Positions 35,075 to 44,315 of a stretch of DNA of 64,000 bases are shown one piece after another; within the stretch, counting starts at the first letter, position 1; each line of letters starts with the position of its first letter. The notes below the pieces were generated by a model. That model searched no databases. It was not told the origin of the DNA and was given only the letters and a program-made list of their open reading frames with translations. The DNA is from Lachnospiraceae bacterium (lineage in GTDB: Bacteria > Bacillota > Clostridia > Lachnospirales > Lachnospiraceae), in the NCBI GenBank assembly GCA_024698555.1, contig JAILRI010000219.1, forward strand, positions 18,442-82,441. Reading direction: 5' to 3'. The position numbers and the translations under genes were made by a program.

Positions 35075-37060
35075 ATGATATACTATGTTAACTGCAATGC
35101 CTCGCGTGACGGAAACGGTTCCAAGGATATGCCTTTTAAGAAGATAGGTGATGCAGCCTGCGTTGCCAAAGCCGGTGACGAGGTGATCGTTGCGCCCGGT
35201 GTTTACCGTGAATATGTTAATCCGCTCCATGCCGGCACCAAAGAAGCACGTATAACCTACCGTTCGGAGGAGCCTTTGGGCGCGGTCATCACAGGTGCCG
35301 AAGAGGTTTCCTCATGGACTCATTACAAAGACAACGTTTGGACAGCCAGGATCGATAACGGGATATTCGGCGGATATAATCCCTATACGACCTTTGTATG
35401 CGGAGACTGGTATTTCGCTCCTACCGTCCGCCATACCGGGACGGTTTATATTAACGATCTGGCCATGTATGAGACCGTAACGCTCGATGAATGTATTGAG
35501 GGGGCAGTGTATCCTCATGCCTGGGTTCCCGAAGAATCCAAATATAAATGGTATACGGAGCAGGACGGCAACGAGACTGTCCTTTACGCCAATTTTCAGG
35601 GACTTGATCCCAACCGCGAAAAAGTTGAGATCAATGTTCGCCGTAACTGCTTTATGCCTGATAAAGTCGGAGTCGGGTATATCACTGTCAGCGGTTTTGT
35701 GATCACCAAGGCAGCCACCACATGGGCGCCTCCCGCAGCTTATCAGGACGGCATGATAGGTCCTCACTGGAGCAGGGGATGGATCATCGAAGACTGCGAA
35801 ATATCCAACAGCAAATGCTGCGGCATTTCTCTGGGCAAGTACCGCGATCCCGAAAATGACATGTATTTTTATACGAAGCATGTTAAAAGCCCGACCCAGA
35901 TGGAGCGCGACGCGGTATGCCGGGGGCAGTACCACGGATGGCTCAAAGAGAGGGTTGGCGGGCATATTATCCGTCGCTGCAATGTCCATCACTGCGAACA
36001 GACCGGTATCGTGGGTCGCATGGGAGGAGTTTTCTCCACTATTGAAGACTGCCATATCCACCATATATGCAATTCCCAGCAGCTGGGCGGCGCGGAAACC
36101 GCAGGGATCAAGCTTCATGCGGGCATAGATGTTACTATCCGCCGCAATCATATACATAACTGCATTTTAGGTGTTTGGCTTGACTGGGAGGCACAGGGAG
36201 CGCGTGTTACTCAGAATCTGATGCATGACAATATGAGACCGGATCATGCGACTCCCGCTCAGGGAGCTATGTTCTCGGGAGATGTTTTTATAGAAGTAGG
36301 CCACGGCCCGACCCTCATAGACAACAATCTGCTGCTCTCAAAAGTATCGGTCATAATCCCCAGCGAAGGCATTGCCTGTGTTCACAATATGATGCTCGGA
36401 TCCTTCAGTCTTATCAATTCCGGGGTGGACAGCATCGTTAACGGACAGCGCGAACCACGCTACACGCCTTACCATATCCGTCACAGGACCGAGGTCGCGG
36501 GCTTTATGACCATTCTTCACGGAGACGACCGCATATACAACAACATTTTCATCCAGCATTATCCTGTAACGGATCCTTCAAAGACAGCCGCAGATAACGA
36601 TTATCAGGTAGTCGGAACAGCTCCTTTTGATATTTTCCCGACTTATGATGAGTGGCTCTCCCGCTTTATGATGGACAGGGAGCCCGATATGGGAGCGCTG
36701 GCGGAACCTCATTTTGATCATCTGCCTGTGTGGGTGGATGGCAATGCGTATTTCAACAAAGCTACTGTCTGCAAGCATGAGCAGCATAAGTTGGATAACA
36801 CGGATGATCCCGTCACTGTCGAGCTTATCGAGTCTCAGGGAGCTTACAGCTTAAAGACCAATGTTTTTGAGTATCTCGGGGACTTTAAGGATGGTATCAT
36901 TACCAGTGATATCCTTGGACTGGCTTTCGAGCCTGAGCAGCGCTTTGAGAATCCCGACGGGACCGCGATCACATTTGATTCCGATTATTTCGGCAATCAT
37001 CGCGGTGTCAGCACCATACCCGGTCCCTTCGCTTCCATACGCGACGAATATGATCTGTGA
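35075..37060 (+). CDS. Right-handed parallel beta-helix repeat protein (DUF1565/pectate-lyase-fold), cytoplasmic
   Basis: ORF 35054..37060. ATG 35075 follows AAAGGAGGAG. N-terminus YYVNCNASRDGNGSKDMPFKKIGDAA...AGDEVIVAPGVYRE is typical of beta-helix proteins. No signal peptide. Confidence 0.6.
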   Translation: MIYYVNCNASRDGNGSKDMPFKKIGDAACVAKAGDEVIVAPGVYREYVNPLHAGTKEARITYRSEEPLGAVITGAEEVSSWTHYKDNVWTARIDNGIFGGYNPYTTFVCGDWYFAPTVRHTGTVYINDLAMYETVTLDECIEGAVYPHAWVPEESKYKWYTEQDGNETVLYANFQGLDPNREKVEINVRRNCFMPDKVGVGYITVSGFVITKAATTWAPPAAYQDGMIGPHWSRGWIIEDCEISNSKCCGISLGKYRDPENDMYFYTKHVKSPTQMERDAVCRGQYHGWLKERVGGHIIRRCNVHHCEQTGIVGRMGGVFSTIEDCHIHHICNSQQLGGAETAGIKLHAGIDVTIRRNHIHNCILGVWLDWEAQGARVTQNLMHDNMRPDHATPAQGAMFSGDVFIEVGHGPTLIDNNLLLSKVSVIIPSEGIACVHNMMLGSFSLINSGVDSIVNGQREPRYTPYHIRHRTEVAGFMTILHGDDRIYNNIFIQHYPVTDPSKTAADNDYQVVGTAPFDIFPTYDEWLSRFMMDREPDMGALAEPHFDHLPVWVDGNAYFNKATVCKHEQHKLDNTDDPVTVELIESQGAYSLKTNVFEYLGDFKDGIITSDILGLAFEPEQRFENPDGTAITFDSDYFGNHRGVSTIPGPFASIRDEYDL

Positions 37061-37080
37061 TCAAAGGAGTTTAGATATTT

Positions 37081-38382
37081 ATGTACAGAAAAAACAGGGC
37101 AGCAGCCCTTGCCACCGTGCTCATCATGTGCATGACGATCCTGGTATCTCCCAAGCACCGCGCCTTAGCCGCGGTGCTTGATTTTCCGGCCGCGAGCGTA
37201 CAGCTTGACGTTCCCGATGACGCGCTCATTATGACCCCGACTACAGCCAAATATGATGAAGTCTGGGGCAAGGCCGGTGTGACAGACTCCGCGTCAAAGC
37301 TGAAGGAATTCCAGAGCATGGGAGTAGTCGCCGCTTTTTATGATCCGGCAACAAAGACTACGGTAAACTTCATTACCAACAGAAATAATATTACCGCGGA
37401 ACAGTTTACTCTTGAAGGCATGAGTGAAGCTCAGGTTGAAGAGTACATAAACGGCCTCATGGGATCGGGTGAAGATGTCCGGACCTCAGTTACAGCCTTT
37501 TCTCATGATACCGTGCCCTTTTTCAGACTGGTCATCGACGGTATGTCTGAAAAAGCACAGGGACGTGAGATCATATACGGCACGATCATTAACGGACAGA
37601 TGGTACAGTTTGATGTTTATACCGAAACTATTCAGGATATCGATGAATCATTTCTGAAAAAGATCGTTGACAGCGTAAAGTTCACCCGTATCATGACCCG
37701 CGAGGATTACGAGGAGGAAGCCACCGCGGCCATGCATAAATTCTTTATCGGCGTGGGGGTATTCTTCGGAGCGCTTATTGCACTCGTAATATATGCCATT
37801 TTCCGTAAAAGGGCACGTAAACGCAAAACAGCCGCGATCTCCCAGGCTGTGACCGATTTCAGGGAGCGGCGCAAGAACGGCGATATCGCCGATAATGAAA
37901 TTCCTTTATTTACTGCTCATATAGAGCTGAATGACGCCGCGATCAATTCTTTCGGCACATTTAATACATGGATCCGTGTCTGGCCGGTGCTGGCAGGATG
38001 TACACTGCTTTATCTGGCCATCATAGTGCTGATGCTGAATAAGGGCTTTCCGCTTTATGCGCTGCTGACCGTGATCGCGGGCGTGGTTCTTCTATACATG
38101 CACTATACACGTCTGGAAAAGCTCAAAGAAGCCATGAAAAAACGCTTCCGTACCAAGAACAAGCCATCCATGACCATAAGGTTTTTCGACGAATACTTCA
38201 CTACCGGCGGAGTTGAATCCGTGTCCGAATATATTTACCAACAGGTTACTGACGTAAGTGTTTATCAGGATTATATTTTCGTATATACCGGGGATGAAAA
38301 TGCGGTCATGCTCACCAGAGCCGGTGTTGATGGCGGAAAGGCCGATGAACTGATAGCGATGTTGAAAGAGAGAAACAAATAG
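37081..38382 (+). CDS. Membrane protein with signal peptide and YcxB/bPH-like C-terminal domain
   Basis: 433 aa. N-terminal signal-like segment, three central TM helices, C-terminal IRFFDEYFTTGG...YQDYIFVYTGDENAVML pattern. Confidence 0.5.
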   Translation: MYRKNRAAALATVLIMCMTILVSPKHRALAAVLDFPAASVQLDVPDDALIMTPTTAKYDEVWGKAGVTDSASKLKEFQSMGVVAAFYDPATKTTVNFITNRNNITAEQFTLEGMSEAQVEEYINGLMGSGEDVRTSVTAFSHDTVPFFRLVIDGMSEKAQGREIIYGTIINGQMVQFDVYTETIQDIDESFLKKIVDSVKFTRIMTREDYEEEATAAMHKFFIGVGVFFGALIALVIYAIFRKRARKRKTAAISQAVTDFRERRKNGDIADNEIPLFTAHIELNDAAINSFGTFNTWIRVWPVLAGCTLLYLAIIVLMLNKGFPLYALLTVIAGVVLLYMHYTRLEKLKEAMKKRFRTKNKPSMTIRFFDEYFTTGGVESVSEYIYQQVTDVSVYQDYIFVYTGDENAVMLTRAGVDGGKADELIAMLKERNK

Positions 38383-38406
38383 AGAATATCTGATCTGTAA
38401 TTACGA

Positions 38407-38450
38407 GGGGCTGCAGCACTTGATGAAGTGCCACAGCCCCCTGTTATTAT
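38407..38450 (+). terminator. Intrinsic terminator (same hairpin family as 32858 and 29608)
   Basis: GGGGCTGCAGCACTT / AAGTGCCACAGCCCC stem with a GATG loop and a 2-nt internal mismatch, followed by CTGTTATTATTT. Confidence 0.55.
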
Positions 38451-38461
38451 TTGGAAAAAAC

Positions 38462-38866
38462 TCAATCCTTGGTCTTGTCCTTAAGTCCAAGGTCTTCTTT
38501 TATCTTGGAAGTGGAAATGCCTTCGGTACGCGGCAGGTATACGACCTCGCAGTATTCTTTTAAGAAATCGAACTTGCCCGTCCAGTCATCGCCCATAACA
38601 AAAACATCAACGTTGTTGTTTACCACATCATCGATCTTCTGTTCCCAGGTGTACTCGGGGAGCACTTCGTCAACATATTTGATGGCTTCGAGGATCTGTT
38701 TGCGGTCTTCAAAGCTGTAGTATGCTTTTTTGCCTTTGATGGCGTTGAACTCGTCAGAAGACACAACTACTATGAGGTAATCTCCCAAAGCTTTGGCTCT
38801 GCGCAGAAGATTGATGTGCCCCACGTGGAGAAGGTCATAGGTTCCGTAAGTGATCACTTTTTTCAT
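38462..38866 (-). CDS. tagD: Glycerol-3-phosphate cytidylyltransferase
   Basis: 134 aa. MKKVITYGTYDLLHVGHINLL (HxGH motif) and typical length. Confidence 0.9.
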   Translation of the reverse strand: MKKVITYGTYDLLHVGHINLLRRAKALGDYLIVVVSSDEFNAIKGKKAYYSFEDRKQILEAIKYVDEVLPEYTWEQKIDDVVNNNVDVFVMGDDWTGKFDFLKEYCEVVYLPRTEGISTSKIKEDLGLKDKTKD

Positions 38867-38920
38867 GAATATATCCCTTTCTTATCAGCTGTATTACCAT
38901 GTTTTGAAATGGCAGGTCTG

Positions 38921-40048
38921 TTACTGCTCATGCCGGCATCCTATGCGGACCATTCCGTCAGTATAGATGAATTCACACGCAAGACCGGCAGGGCTCGCTG
39001 CGTTGTACCATATTATATCGCTTTCGTTGCCTTCATCTGCTTCGAGCGTAAATCCGGCAGCCTTGAGCTCGTCAATGTAGGCGGCGCAGCCCGGAGCCGC
39101 GTCGTAAAAAACGGCATACTGGGTGTCATCCTCAAATCTGCCCGAATCGAATATTCCATAGGTAAATCTGGGGATCAAGCCGAGCAGTGTGGTGTCGATC
39201 AGCTTCTGGTATCCGTCGGCGTGAACGCTGTGGTATCCCGAGCCTATGATCGCGGTCTTGCCGGCGCTGTCGTAATCGATAAAGGCTTCCCAGCCATCCT
39301 GATTGGACGCGGTGTACTCGAGAGTTCCTCCGAATCTGAAATCGGAAGGTTCAAGGTATCCTGCCGTGGTATTGAAACCTGAATCCGTAAGAAGACCGAT
39401 GTATTGCTCAAGATCCGAGTCCGAAATATTACCAAGCATGATATAATCATGAGTTTCATCATGATTGGTATCTATAAAACTACCCTTCTCAAATAAAGGC
39501 AGCCAGACAAGGAAACTGTTAAGCCAGTATTCTTTTACGGCTGCGGAAACTTTTGTATCGGTATCGGAACCGCCGGATGACTGTTCAGAGCTGTCTGTAC
39601 CTTCGGTATCAGTACTTAAGGTATCTTCCCCGGATCCGGAAGGATCTCCTGTATCCGCTTCCGGTCCCTGAGCATCACCCGCGGGTTCTGTTTCGCCGCC
39701 GGAATCATTATCTGTTGTTTTTTCGCCGTTGTTACCGGAGTCGGTATCTGTGCCGGCGGGAATATCCTGCTCAATATCGTTTTCGTTAGAGTCGCCGTTC
39801 TCATCAGGCGCGGCGGTTAACCCGGATGAGTCCGGTTCATCTGCTTCCCCGGGAGTGAGATGGGGTGTTGCGGATGCATCAGGCTTCGAAGCGGTCTGGG
39901 CCGGCGATAATGGACGGACTTCCATAGTAGGCTCCACACCGGTCGTAGGAGTAACGGCATTTATGAGCGGCGGGTCTTTATGACTGCTGCAGCCGACAGT
40001 ACAGGCCGATATCAGCAGCGCCGCAAAAATATATGATATTCTTCTCAT
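38921..40048 (-). CDS. Lipoprotein with a long acidic Asp/Ser/Thr/Gly/Glu-rich linker; function unknown
   Basis: 375 aa. Lipobox ISACTVGC. About 150 aa of low-complexity acidic region, then a folded C-terminal ~200 aa. Confidence 0.55.
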   Translation of the reverse strand: MRRISYIFAALLISACTVGCSSHKDPPLINAVTPTTGVEPTMEVRPLSPAQTASKPDASATPHLTPGEADEPDSSGLTAAPDENGDSNENDIEQDIPAGTDTDSGNNGEKTTDNDSGGETEPAGDAQGPEADTGDPSGSGEDTLSTDTEGTDSSEQSSGGSDTDTKVSAAVKEYWLNSFLVWLPLFEKGSFIDTNHDETHDYIMLGNISDSDLEQYIGLLTDSGFNTTAGYLEPSDFRFGGTLEYTASNQDGWEAFIDYDSAGKTAIIGSGYHSVHADGYQKLIDTTLLGLIPRFTYGIFDSGRFEDDTQYAVFYDAAPGCAAYIDELKAAGFTLEADEGNESDIIWYNAASPAGLACEFIYTDGMVRIGCRHEQ

Positions 40049-40172
40049 GGTAAAATAAAGCTTTCATAAAGATTTAAGGTTTTTCTTGCAATATCTCATA
40101 TTTAATCTTAAAATTATAGCAGTATTATGTCAACAGAAGATTTTTAATTTTTGATTTCAAGGAGTGATCATC

Positions 40173-40682
40173 ATGAATATCGAAAATGAAGATACCAAAC
40201 TGCCGGTAAAGGCTCCCGGAACCGGGATCACAAAGAACGGAGAAAGTATTCCGAGCACGAACCGCATCAGCGATTTAAAGTGCAGGGAATTGATCGCTAA
40301 GGCTATGGATATGCTGAAATATTCATATACACCTTATTCACATTTTAAAGTAGGAGCCGCTCTGCTGACGAAATCCGGCAGGATTTACGGGGGCTGCAAT
40401 ATTGAAAACGCAGCTTACGGACCATCCAACTGCGCGGAAAGAACGGCATTTTTCAATGCAGTAAGTGAAGGCAATCTGGAGTTTGCGGCTATAGCCATAG
40501 TCGGTGGACCCGAAGGACGGATCAAGGACTTTTGTCCCCCTTGCGGCGTGTGCAGGCAGGTTATGCGTGAATTCTGCGACCCCAAGAGCTTTTATGTCAT
40601 ACTTGCGCGCAGCGAGGCGGATTATTGGGTCTATACGCTTGAGGAACTCCTGCCCATGAGCTTCGGGCCCGAAAATCTGTAG
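40173..40682 (+). CDS. cdd: Cytidine deaminase
   Basis: ORF 40164..40682. ATG 40173 lies 8 nt after AAGGAG. Zinc motifs CAERTAFF and PCGVCRQ. Confidence 0.88.
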   Translation: MNIENEDTKLPVKAPGTGITKNGESIPSTNRISDLKCRELIAKAMDMLKYSYTPYSHFKVGAALLTKSGRIYGGCNIENAAYGPSNCAERTAFFNAVSEGNLEFAAIAIVGGPEGRIKDFCPPCGVCRQVMREFCDPKSFYVILARSEADYWVYTLEELLPMSFGPENL

Positions 40683-40712
40683 AAACGGTGCCGGGCAACT
40701 TGGAGAAATAAA

Positions 40713-41492
40713 ATGAATATCGAAATTGACGGCTACAATATTTGTTATAAGGTAACCGGTGAAGGTGATGAAACCGTGATCATGCTGCAGGGCTGGGGAA
40801 CGGATCTGGGAGTATACGATCCGGTCGCTGAGGCGATCAGTGATAAATACCGGTTCATTCAGTTTGATTTTCCCGGCTTTGGAGGAAGTGATGAGCCCCG
40901 TGAGGCATGGAACGTTGATGCCTACGCGGATTTTTTCTGCAGATTCGCCGAGGCTTTGCATATTGAGAGCGCAACCCTCATAGGCCACTCCTATGGCGGG
41001 CGCGTGATCATTAAGCTGGCGTCGCGGGAGAGTCTCCCTTTCAGGATCAATAATATTGTTCTGATCGACAGTGCCGGCATAGTTCCGAAAAAATCCTTCA
41101 TGCAAAAAGTTAAGATAAGAAGTTACAAGATACTTAAAAAACTGTTTGACCTTAAGCTTGTCTATGCCCTGTTTCCGGAACTGGTTGACGATTGGCGGAG
41201 CAGGCAGGGTTCAGCCGATTATCGTAACGCTTCTGAGATCATGCGAAAGTGTCTGGTTATGGCCGTTAATGAGGATCTGACTCACCTGTTGCCGCAGATA
41301 AAGCAGGATACACTGCTGATATGGGGAGATAAGGATACGGCGACACCCATTTCAGACGCCAAAACCATGGAAACACTGATACCCGGCTCGGGGCTTGTGG
41401 TGCTTGCAGGTGCCGGTCATTTTTCATTTTTGGAACAGCCTGCGGTTTTCAGGAATGTCATGAGATCATATTTTGGGATTGGAGCCGTGTAA
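40713..41492 (+). CDS. Alpha/beta-fold hydrolase
   Basis: 259 aa. Nucleophile elbow GHSYGG, C-terminal AGHFSF motif. Confidence 0.8.
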   Translation: MNIEIDGYNICYKVTGEGDETVIMLQGWGTDLGVYDPVAEAISDKYRFIQFDFPGFGGSDEPREAWNVDAYADFFCRFAEALHIESATLIGHSYGGRVIIKLASRESLPFRINNIVLIDSAGIVPKKSFMQKVKIRSYKILKKLFDLKLVYALFPELVDDWRSRQGSADYRNASEIMRKCLVMAVNEDLTHLLPQIKQDTLLIWGDKDTATPISDAKTMETLIPGSGLVVLAGAGHFSFLEQPAVFRNVMRSYFGIGAV

Positions 41493-43072
41493 TGACAGTC
41501 AGAACAGTTATAGCGGCTGTTTTGGCCGCATATGCGTCATTCCTCACCTTGAGGCACAACATGCACATGTTCCAGCTGAACGGGTATAAGAATGACGAGC
41601 ATATCAGATGGATCGGAAAAAACCTGAGGCAGCAGTGGCTGCTGTATTATGGTCTGGTATTGGGAATACTGAGGATCATTTTTCCGGTGATCCTGCTCGA
41701 TATTCTCATTTATATCGCTCTTATTCTGGATATTCTGGTATACAGGGCATTACGAAGGCTGAATAACAAGAAAAAACTTGTGTATACCGCCAGAGTGAAA
41801 AGGATGATCGTGACGATCGTTTTGATCATGGCCGCCGTGTGCGCGCTGGTATGGATATTCGCCGGGGCGGGATACCTTACAGGAGTGCTGGCCATACTGG
41901 TATCATCCCAGTTTTTTATGAATCTGGCGGCAAATATCATCAATCATCCGCTGGAGAAGGCGATCGGAAAGCTTTATATCAACGACGCAAAGAAGAAACT
42001 CGCCGGCGCTTCGGGGCTTAAGGTGATAGGAGTTACGGGCAGCTTTGGCAAGACCAGTATGAAGTTTTTTCTTCAGACCCTGTTGCAGAGCAGGTATGAT
42101 GTCCTGGTGACTCCCGGTAATTTCAATACACCCATGGGGATAACCATTACGGTACGGAATTATCTGAAACCTTCCCATGAGATATTTATCTGCGAGATGG
42201 GAGCGAGGCGTGTGGGTGAAATAAAGGAAGTGTGTGATATCGCGCATCCGGATTACGGTATTATCACCTCGGTAGGACCTCAGCACCTGGAAACGTTTCA
42301 TTCCATAGAAAACATTCAAAAGACCAAATTTGAACTGGCTGACGCCCTTCCACCGGACGGAATGCTGTTCCTTAACGGAGACAATGAGCTGATAAGGGAC
42401 AAGGCAAGGGATTACGACAGAAAGATATTTTATTGTACCGAAGGCTCTGCCAACGAAACTATAGGCTGCGCCGGATATTATGCCCGGAATATTTCCGTTT
42501 CACAGTTTGGTACGGATTTTGATGTGATAACTCCTCAGGGCGAATCGGAAAGCTTTCAGATGCGGCTGATCGGAGCACATAACGTCATAAATGTCACAGG
42601 AGCCATTGCGGTTGCTCATTCTCTCGGAATGAGCCTGAAGGAGCTAAAGATACCCGTAAGACGCCTGCAGCCGGTAGAACACCGCATGCAGATGAGGGAA
42701 CACGGGCTGGTGACGATCATAGACGATGCGTATAATTCAAATCCCGTAGGTTCGAAGGCCGCGGTGGAGACACTGGCCATGTTTGACGGTATCCGCATCC
42801 TGATCACTCCTGGCATGGTCGAGCTTGGAGAGAAGGAGGAGGAATACAATTATAAATTCGGAACCTATGCGGCAGAGTGCTGTGATCATATTCTCCTGGT
42901 CGGAAAGAAACATACGGAACCGATCATGAGAGGCATCCTGGAAAAGGGTTTTCCGAAAGACAGATGCATGGCGTTTGACAGACTGGAGGAAGCAGTAGCT
43001 TACGCATATGCCATAAAAGGGCAGGGACACAAGTATATTCTTCTGGAAAATGACCTTCCGGATAATTATTAA
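41492..43072 (+). CDS. Mur-ligase family protein (MurF-like) with a 4-5 TM N-terminal extension
   Basis: 526 aa. Start overlaps the upstream stop (TAATG). The first ~150 aa are hydrophobic helices. P-loop GVTGSFGKTS. Central and C-terminal Mur ligase domains (DDAYNSNP). Confidence 0.8.
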   Translation: MTVRTVIAAVLAAYASFLTLRHNMHMFQLNGYKNDEHIRWIGKNLRQQWLLYYGLVLGILRIIFPVILLDILIYIALILDILVYRALRRLNNKKKLVYTARVKRMIVTIVLIMAAVCALVWIFAGAGYLTGVLAILVSSQFFMNLAANIINHPLEKAIGKLYINDAKKKLAGASGLKVIGVTGSFGKTSMKFFLQTLLQSRYDVLVTPGNFNTPMGITITVRNYLKPSHEIFICEMGARRVGEIKEVCDIAHPDYGIITSVGPQHLETFHSIENIQKTKFELADALPPDGMLFLNGDNELIRDKARDYDRKIFYCTEGSANETIGCAGYYARNISVSQFGTDFDVITPQGESESFQMRLIGAHNVINVTGAIAVAHSLGMSLKELKIPVRRLQPVEHRMQMREHGLVTIIDDAYNSNPVGSKAAVETLAMFDGIRILITPGMVELGEKEEEYNYKFGTYAAECCDHILLVGKKHTEPIMRGILEKGFPKDRCMAFDRLEEAVAYAYAIKGQGHKYILLENDLPDNY

Positions 43073-43100
43073 AACATGATTTAATTTGGAGGAGCAAAAA

Positions 43101-44282
43101 GTGAAGACAAGGGTTGCGATGCTGTTCGGAGGCAAGAGCGTTGAACATGAGGTGTCCGTGATCACGGGCATTCAGGCTCTGCTGAGCATGGATACCGACA
43201 AATACGATGTGATACCGGTATATATGACCAAGAGCAATGATATGTATGTCGGTGATGATATAGGTAAGATCGAGTCATATAAGGACATAGACGGTCTTCT
43301 TAAAAGATCCCAAAGGGTCATCATGGTAAATGAAAAGGATCAGGTGCGTCTTGTGGCGTATCCTCCGAAGAAGCTGGGCAGGAATCCTGAGATAGACATT
43401 GATGTGGCTTTTCCGGCCGTTCACGGCACCAATGTTGAGGACGGGGCCCTTCAGGGATATCTTAAGACCATAGGCATACCCTTTGTCGGATGTGATGTGA
43501 CTGCATCGGCAGTGGGCATGGACAAGTACATCATGAAAATGATACTGAAGGAAGCCGGTGTTCCGGTACTGGATGCCAAAGCGTACACACTGTCGGATTA
43601 TGCGGAAATGGACATTATGCTGGCAGGAATTGAGAAAACTTTCGGATATCCTGTGATCATCAAACCGGTCAACTTAGGCTCGAGTGTCGGCATAAGCGTT
43701 GCCAGATCAAAGGCCGAGCTGGCATCCTCTATAGACGAAGCTTTCAGGTATGCGACAAAAGTACTGGTTGAACATGCGATCACGAATCTGAGGGAGATCA
43801 ACTGTTCAGTCCTGGGCGACGAAAACGAAGCTGAAGCTTCCGAATGTGAAGAACCACTGCATACCAAAGACATCTTAAGCTATGAGGATAAATATGTGAA
43901 AAACTCGAAAGGCGGAGGTTCAAAGGGAATGGCCAGCGTTTCCAGAAAGATTCCCGCCGATCTGACTCCCGAAAAAAGGGAAGAAGTGAGAGCACTGGCG
44001 GTAAGATCGTTTAAAGCTCTCGGGTGCAACGGCGTTTCAAGGATCGATTTCATGATCGATGATGATGATGGCAAACTGTATTTTAACGAGATAAATACCA
44101 TACCGGGATCGCTTGCGTTTTATCTGTGGGAGCCTCTCGGAGTGTCCTATAAAGAACTGCTTGACCGGATGATCAGACTGAGTCTGAAGAGAGTGCGTAC
44201 GGAACAGAATCTGACATTTACATTTGACACCAATATCCTGAACTCCGCCAGTTTTGGAGGAAGTAAGGGAGGAAAGCTGTAA
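43101..44282 (+). CDS. ddl: D-alanine--D-alanine ligase (ATP-grasp)
   Basis: ORF 43086..44282. GTG 43101 lies 6 nt after GGAGGAG. MKTRVAMLFGGKSVEHEVS, SYEDKY, NEINTIPG motifs. Confidence 0.88.
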   Translation: MKTRVAMLFGGKSVEHEVSVITGIQALLSMDTDKYDVIPVYMTKSNDMYVGDDIGKIESYKDIDGLLKRSQRVIMVNEKDQVRLVAYPPKKLGRNPEIDIDVAFPAVHGTNVEDGALQGYLKTIGIPFVGCDVTASAVGMDKYIMKMILKEAGVPVLDAKAYTLSDYAEMDIMLAGIEKTFGYPVIIKPVNLGSSVGISVARSKAELASSIDEAFRYATKVLVEHAITNLREINCSVLGDENEAEASECEEPLHTKDILSYEDKYVKNSKGGGSKGMASVSRKIPADLTPEKREEVRALAVRSFKALGCNGVSRIDFMIDDDDGKLYFNEINTIPGSLAFYLWEPLGVSYKELLDRMIRLSLKRVRTEQNLTFTFDTNILNSASFGGSKGGKL

Positions 44283-44315
44283 TATGGAAAGACAGGAATA
44301 AGGGAGAGTACATAG

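Noticed and set aside
38921-40048. Possible tandem DNA repeats in the acidic linker of the lipoprotein gene.
   Set aside because: The region is compositionally biased, but I could not find a repeating nucleotide unit. This is low-complexity coding sequence, not a repeat array.
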